34,335 nt of DNA from Perkinsus olseni (Eukaryota), in NCBI GenBank assembly GCA_013115125.1, contig JABANN010000376.1, positions 1 through 34,335 of the forward strand, written 5' to 3'. The notes beneath the pieces are model-generated. The model was not told where the DNA came from, did not search any database, and saw only the letters and a list, made by a program, of their open reading frames with translations. The position numbers and the translations under genes are program-made. Shown piece after piece: positions 31,984 through 34,335 of the stretch (the stretch's first letter is position 1; each line of letters begins with the position of its first letter).

Positions 31984-32456
31984 GGTCACAACAGAAGAAA
32001 CAGGGCACTGCCTAGCACAGACAATCTTGGACATCTACGACCAGCATGCTAGCTCACGACGCTCCGGAGACGCGCAATTTGACAGTATCTTGTGATTTCT
32101 CCAGCATCACTCCGTGAATGGTTCACATAGTGCACGGTCTTCTATGGGCCGGATAGGATGCCGATATCTCATTTGCAACTGCCTAGCTTACTGCTTTCAA
32201 GACACTTGAACTACCCTCGCCATAAGCTCATTCCTCCGTGCACTATGCACAGTAGCCGCCCAACACTACGGTATGATGGAAAGGGCATAGAGATCCGAAA
32301 TTCACTCCCATTCACACATAATGAGGATTATACTGGTAGACTGTCTGCAAAACCGATAACAGGCCTCGTCAAGCGGCACGACGTCATCAAAGGTTTCCCC
32401 TCCGTCCCACATAAATGAACTCAAGTCATTAACTCCAAAATAAATGATACAACTCT

Positions 32457-33629
32457 TCAGTCTTCGGGGCTACCCAGATGGAGAGGCCTTCGTCGTAACG
32501 TCTCAAAGCCTGGCCTATCTGAGCTGCCACTTCGAACACTCGACGTACTAGCGGCACCAGACTCGCTCGATGCAGCACGACTGCTCTCGGTATTCCTTTG
32601 ACGAGGCCGACGACGACTACGTCTATGCCGCTTCCTCCTAGAAGGCCGACTGAACAGTGCTCGCCATACCATTGAGAATCCAGCGAAGACTAGGAATACG
32701 ATGAGAACGAGTAACACAAAGACAACACACATGATGATCGGATGGGACGACAGGAGGTAGCGGATACCCGAGAGCTGGGAGTGGAATCTCAAGTCAGCTC
32801 GGTAAACCTGCAGTGGAGGGCTCATGCAGACCGTGGCCGACAACAGCGGGAAGTTTGAACTCTCGTAGACCTCCACGTTGAGCTCTTCGAATAAAGGCAT
32901 CGTTACAGTGAACTCATCGACGGTCCATCCGAGAAGGGCTGGTACAATCATCAGCCACTCTCTCATCGTGCCGAGCAATGAAGAACGATACGGTAAGAGG
33001 AGAGGCCGACGTGAGCGTGCCGTGGGCTCATCTCGGCCCTTCATACCATACAAGGTGATGTCCACCATGACAGGTCCCTTGTCGACGTTGTAGTGATTGG
33101 AAGGTAGATCCAAGGCCAGTGTAACGTCATAATCGACCGAGGGAGCTGGGAGATCCAGAACCGGTGCAGCGAGGGCCGGTCGACTAGCTGCCGTGTCAAA
33201 CCATTGGCGGTTAGAGAAGGACACCGCCGCGCACGCAGGTGTGGTGCTGTAGTCAAAGTAAACAGGGAAAGAGTGCAATTGCTTTGGTATGACCAGCCAG
33301 TGCACCACCCAGTAGAGGATCAAGGCGGACACCGTCACTGAGACCACGCTCAGTCCGACCAGAATCAATTTGGCCCATAGGAGTACTAGTCGCCACGCGA
33401 AAGGCGATATGTGGCGGGATACGAAAACCAGCCCGGGTTGAATGGCATGCCAAGTTCCGTAGGAAGCTCTGGCCAATGCCGAACCCTGAGCCTCGCTATC
33501 GAGACTGGAGTTCGACGAGTTAGTTGGCGACGACGCATTGGAAGCCAGATCTCCGCTGCCTGATGAGGGGTCAGTGTGGCCCTCGATGGGCAATTGAGGG
33601 ACTCCAGAGGATCGAGTCCGCTCGGACAT
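32457..33629 (-). CDS. Seipin (BSCL2/Fld1 family), intronless, 390 aa
   Basis: Two TM segments flank a lumenal domain with IP...FPVYFDY, YDVTLALDLPSNHYN..KGPVMV, SRRPLLLPYRS and LQVYRADLRF..QLSGIRYLL..HP; basic C-terminal tail. Confidence 0.9.
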   Translation of the reverse strand: MSERTRSSGVPQLPIEGHTDPSSGSGDLASNASSPTNSSNSSLDSEAQGSALARASYGTWHAIQPGLVFVSRHISPFAWRLVLLWAKLILVGLSVVSVTVSALILYWVVHWLVIPKQLHSFPVYFDYSTTPACAAVSFSNRQWFDTAASRPALAAPVLDLPAPSVDYDVTLALDLPSNHYNVDKGPVMVDITLYGMKGRDEPTARSRRPLLLPYRSSLLGTMREWLMIVPALLGWTVDEFTVTMPLFEELNVEVYESSNFPLLSATVCMSPPLQVYRADLRFHSQLSGIRYLLSSHPIIMCVVFVLLVLIVFLVFAGFSMVWRALFSRPSRRKRHRRSRRRPRQRNTESSRAASSESGAASTSSVRSGSSDRPGFETLRRRPLHLGSPED

Positions 33630-33734
33630 TTGCAGAACGCCGCTTGGGGATCTAATCTTGCTTCCTTAGCAATCTTGCATCTCCTCAGCGCATTTACCCG
33701 TGACGCCGGATGAGTCGTGACGACGGTTACCATA

Positions 33735-33778
33735 CATCTGTACGTATTTTCATCCGTACGTATTGACATCTGTACGTA
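33735..33778. repeat. Three copies of CATC(T/C)GTACGTA at a 16-bp period upstream of seipin
   Basis: Copies at 33735, 33751 and 33767. Confidence 0.85.
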
Positions 33779-33850
33779 CAAATCGTCGCGCGCCATAAAA
33801 ATAGTACCATTTCGGGACAACCTCGCGTAGCGAGGTTGAGAAGTTTTCGA

Positions 33851-33922
33851 GTTAAAATAGTTGAGTGGTTAATGTAGCTGTTTGAGAACCGGACACCCGC
33901 AGGATCAAATCCTGCCGGGGAC
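33851..33922 (+). pseudogene. Degenerate tRNA-like sequence (Ser-like)
   Basis: A-box-like TAGTTGAGTGG followed by TTAA (compare the GAGTGGTTAA of tRNA-Ser D loops), and a perfect T-stem gcagg-atcaaat-cctgc (33899-33915). Acceptor and anticodon stems are not intact. Confidence 0.4.
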
Positions 33923-34335
33923 ATATAGTACTTCTATGTTGTAACGACATAGGTGTTTACTGGATGTTTGTGAGCGCCGTTCGGTGCTTCGGTGCTTCGT
34001 TTCAACCTCAGACGTTTCTCTCGGTTTGACAACCCAACATGAAGACTGATAAAGAACAAGTGCATGAAACATTGAACATGTTCTTCGCAGGATACTCTAG
34101 CCGACTATTTCGTCATCAGATCCTCTGCCAGTCTTCTTTCCACCATAGCGGTCCCTGAAACAGGTTATTCAAGCAGCGAATTGGCAATCTGCGATTCGGG
34201 ACCCGAATTTCGGGCAACCAAGGGCCGCTTCAGGCCCTGAGGGAATTGTCGTTACAACAAACACGAAGTTAGGGATAGCGGCTGATTACTACAGTGCCAA
34301 GAAACGTTTTGGAAAATGAGTATATTACAAGAAGT

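Noticed and set aside
33978-34000. ttcggtgc micro-repeat resembling the U6 snRNA 5' hairpin
   Set aside because: No ACAGAGA box or other U6 sequence follows.

Overview
Eukaryotic, compact protist DNA with short GT-AG introns (44-92 nt where mapped). The gene content (a PFOR-cytochrome-P450-reductase fusion, a parasite-type MIF) and the long same-strand gene run suggest an alveolate such as Perkinsus; this is inference, not proven here. Left to right: a degenerate ~4.6 kb zone with a 437-bp tandem duplication carrying tRNA-like Pol III boxes and a decayed copy of the AsnB/5-phosphatase junction; a two-exon pyruvate:NAD(P)+ oxidoreductase (PNO, 1852 aa, minus); an intronless AsnB-like amidotransferase with an unexplained C-terminal extension; an OCRL/INPP5B-like inositol 5-phosphatase; a secreted, probably GPI-anchored type-B carboxylesterase; then seven minus-strand genes (CLC channel, ~89-aa membrane protein, ER Hsp70 GRP170/HYOU1, CaaX-ending disordered protein, PEX3, MIF, seipin). 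The most notable signal is the PNO. Three of the four residues that give diflavin reductases their NADP(H) preference are replaced (AFSHDQDHMIF instead of AFSRxxxxKxY), and it has an N-terminal signal-anchor-like segment. It may therefore be a membrane-tethered enzyme with altered cofactor specificity. No CRISPR, rRNA or recognisable transposase was seen.
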